This document shows positions 63,715 through 64,000 of a DNA stretch of 64,000 bases, piece after piece. Source of the DNA: Octopus vulgaris (lineage: Eukaryota). Every line of letters begins with the position of its first letter. Position 1 is the stretch's first letter. The translations under genes and the position numbers were made by a program. The stretch is taken from positions 35,030,001 to 35,094,000 of the forward strand of contig OX597819.1 in the NCBI GenBank assembly GCA_951406725.2, written 5' to 3'. The notes under the pieces were generated by a model, which did no database searches, had not been told where the DNA came from, and saw only the letters and a list, made by a program, of their open reading frames with translations.

Positions 63715-64000
63715 AGAGCTATGCAAGCCATGTACAGGGACGCTGTCAGTAAAGTGAGGGTTGGCAACAAGTACAGTGAAGAATTCCAGGTAGGGGTCTA
63801 CTAAGGTTCAGTCCTCAGCCCCCTCGTATTTATCATAGTCACCCAGGCAATAACGGAGGAATTCAAGACAGGATGCCCCTGGGAGCTCTTCTATGCTGAC
63901 GACCTTGCTCTAACTGCTTAGTCACTATCAGAACTGGAGGAGAAGTTTCAAGTGTGGAGACAAGGATTAGAATCGAAGGGCCTTAGAGTCAACCTAGCTA
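63715..64000 (+). mobile_element. RTE-clade reverse transcriptase fragment
   Basis: GSVLSPLVF...CPWELFYADDLAL motif with in-frame stops; runs off the window end. Confidence 0.88.

Overview
AT-rich, microsatellite- and retroposon-dense animal genomic DNA. The SINE and LINE families resemble those of Octopus (coleoid cephalopod); this is inferred from recognising the repeats, not from a search. Two spliced genes were reconstructed by hand with GT-AG junctions and matching phases. SEC62 is complete on + (9 exons, 20677-39216, 401 aa, C-terminal FELV LIR-like motif and KKDK end). TMX2 is convergent on - (7 exons, 60897-48052, WSPAC SXXC site; first exon probably beyond the window end). A probable third, unidentified spliced gene starts head-to-head with SEC62 (20503 leftwards). 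The rest is mostly transposon relics: mariner/Tc1, piggyBac-, hAT- and pogo-type MITEs, a Helitron, RTE, CR1, CRE, R4/Dong, HERO, Tx1 and Penelope fragments, and tRNA-derived SINEs. The most notable observations are Penelope-associated minimal hammerhead ribozymes, a hairpin able to sequester a TMX2 splice donor, long intronic palindromes and inverted repeats (possible ADAR or circRNA substrates), and short exact long-range sequence copies. No CRISPR array or prokaryotic system is present, and I cannot demonstrate a wholly new biological system from sequence alone.
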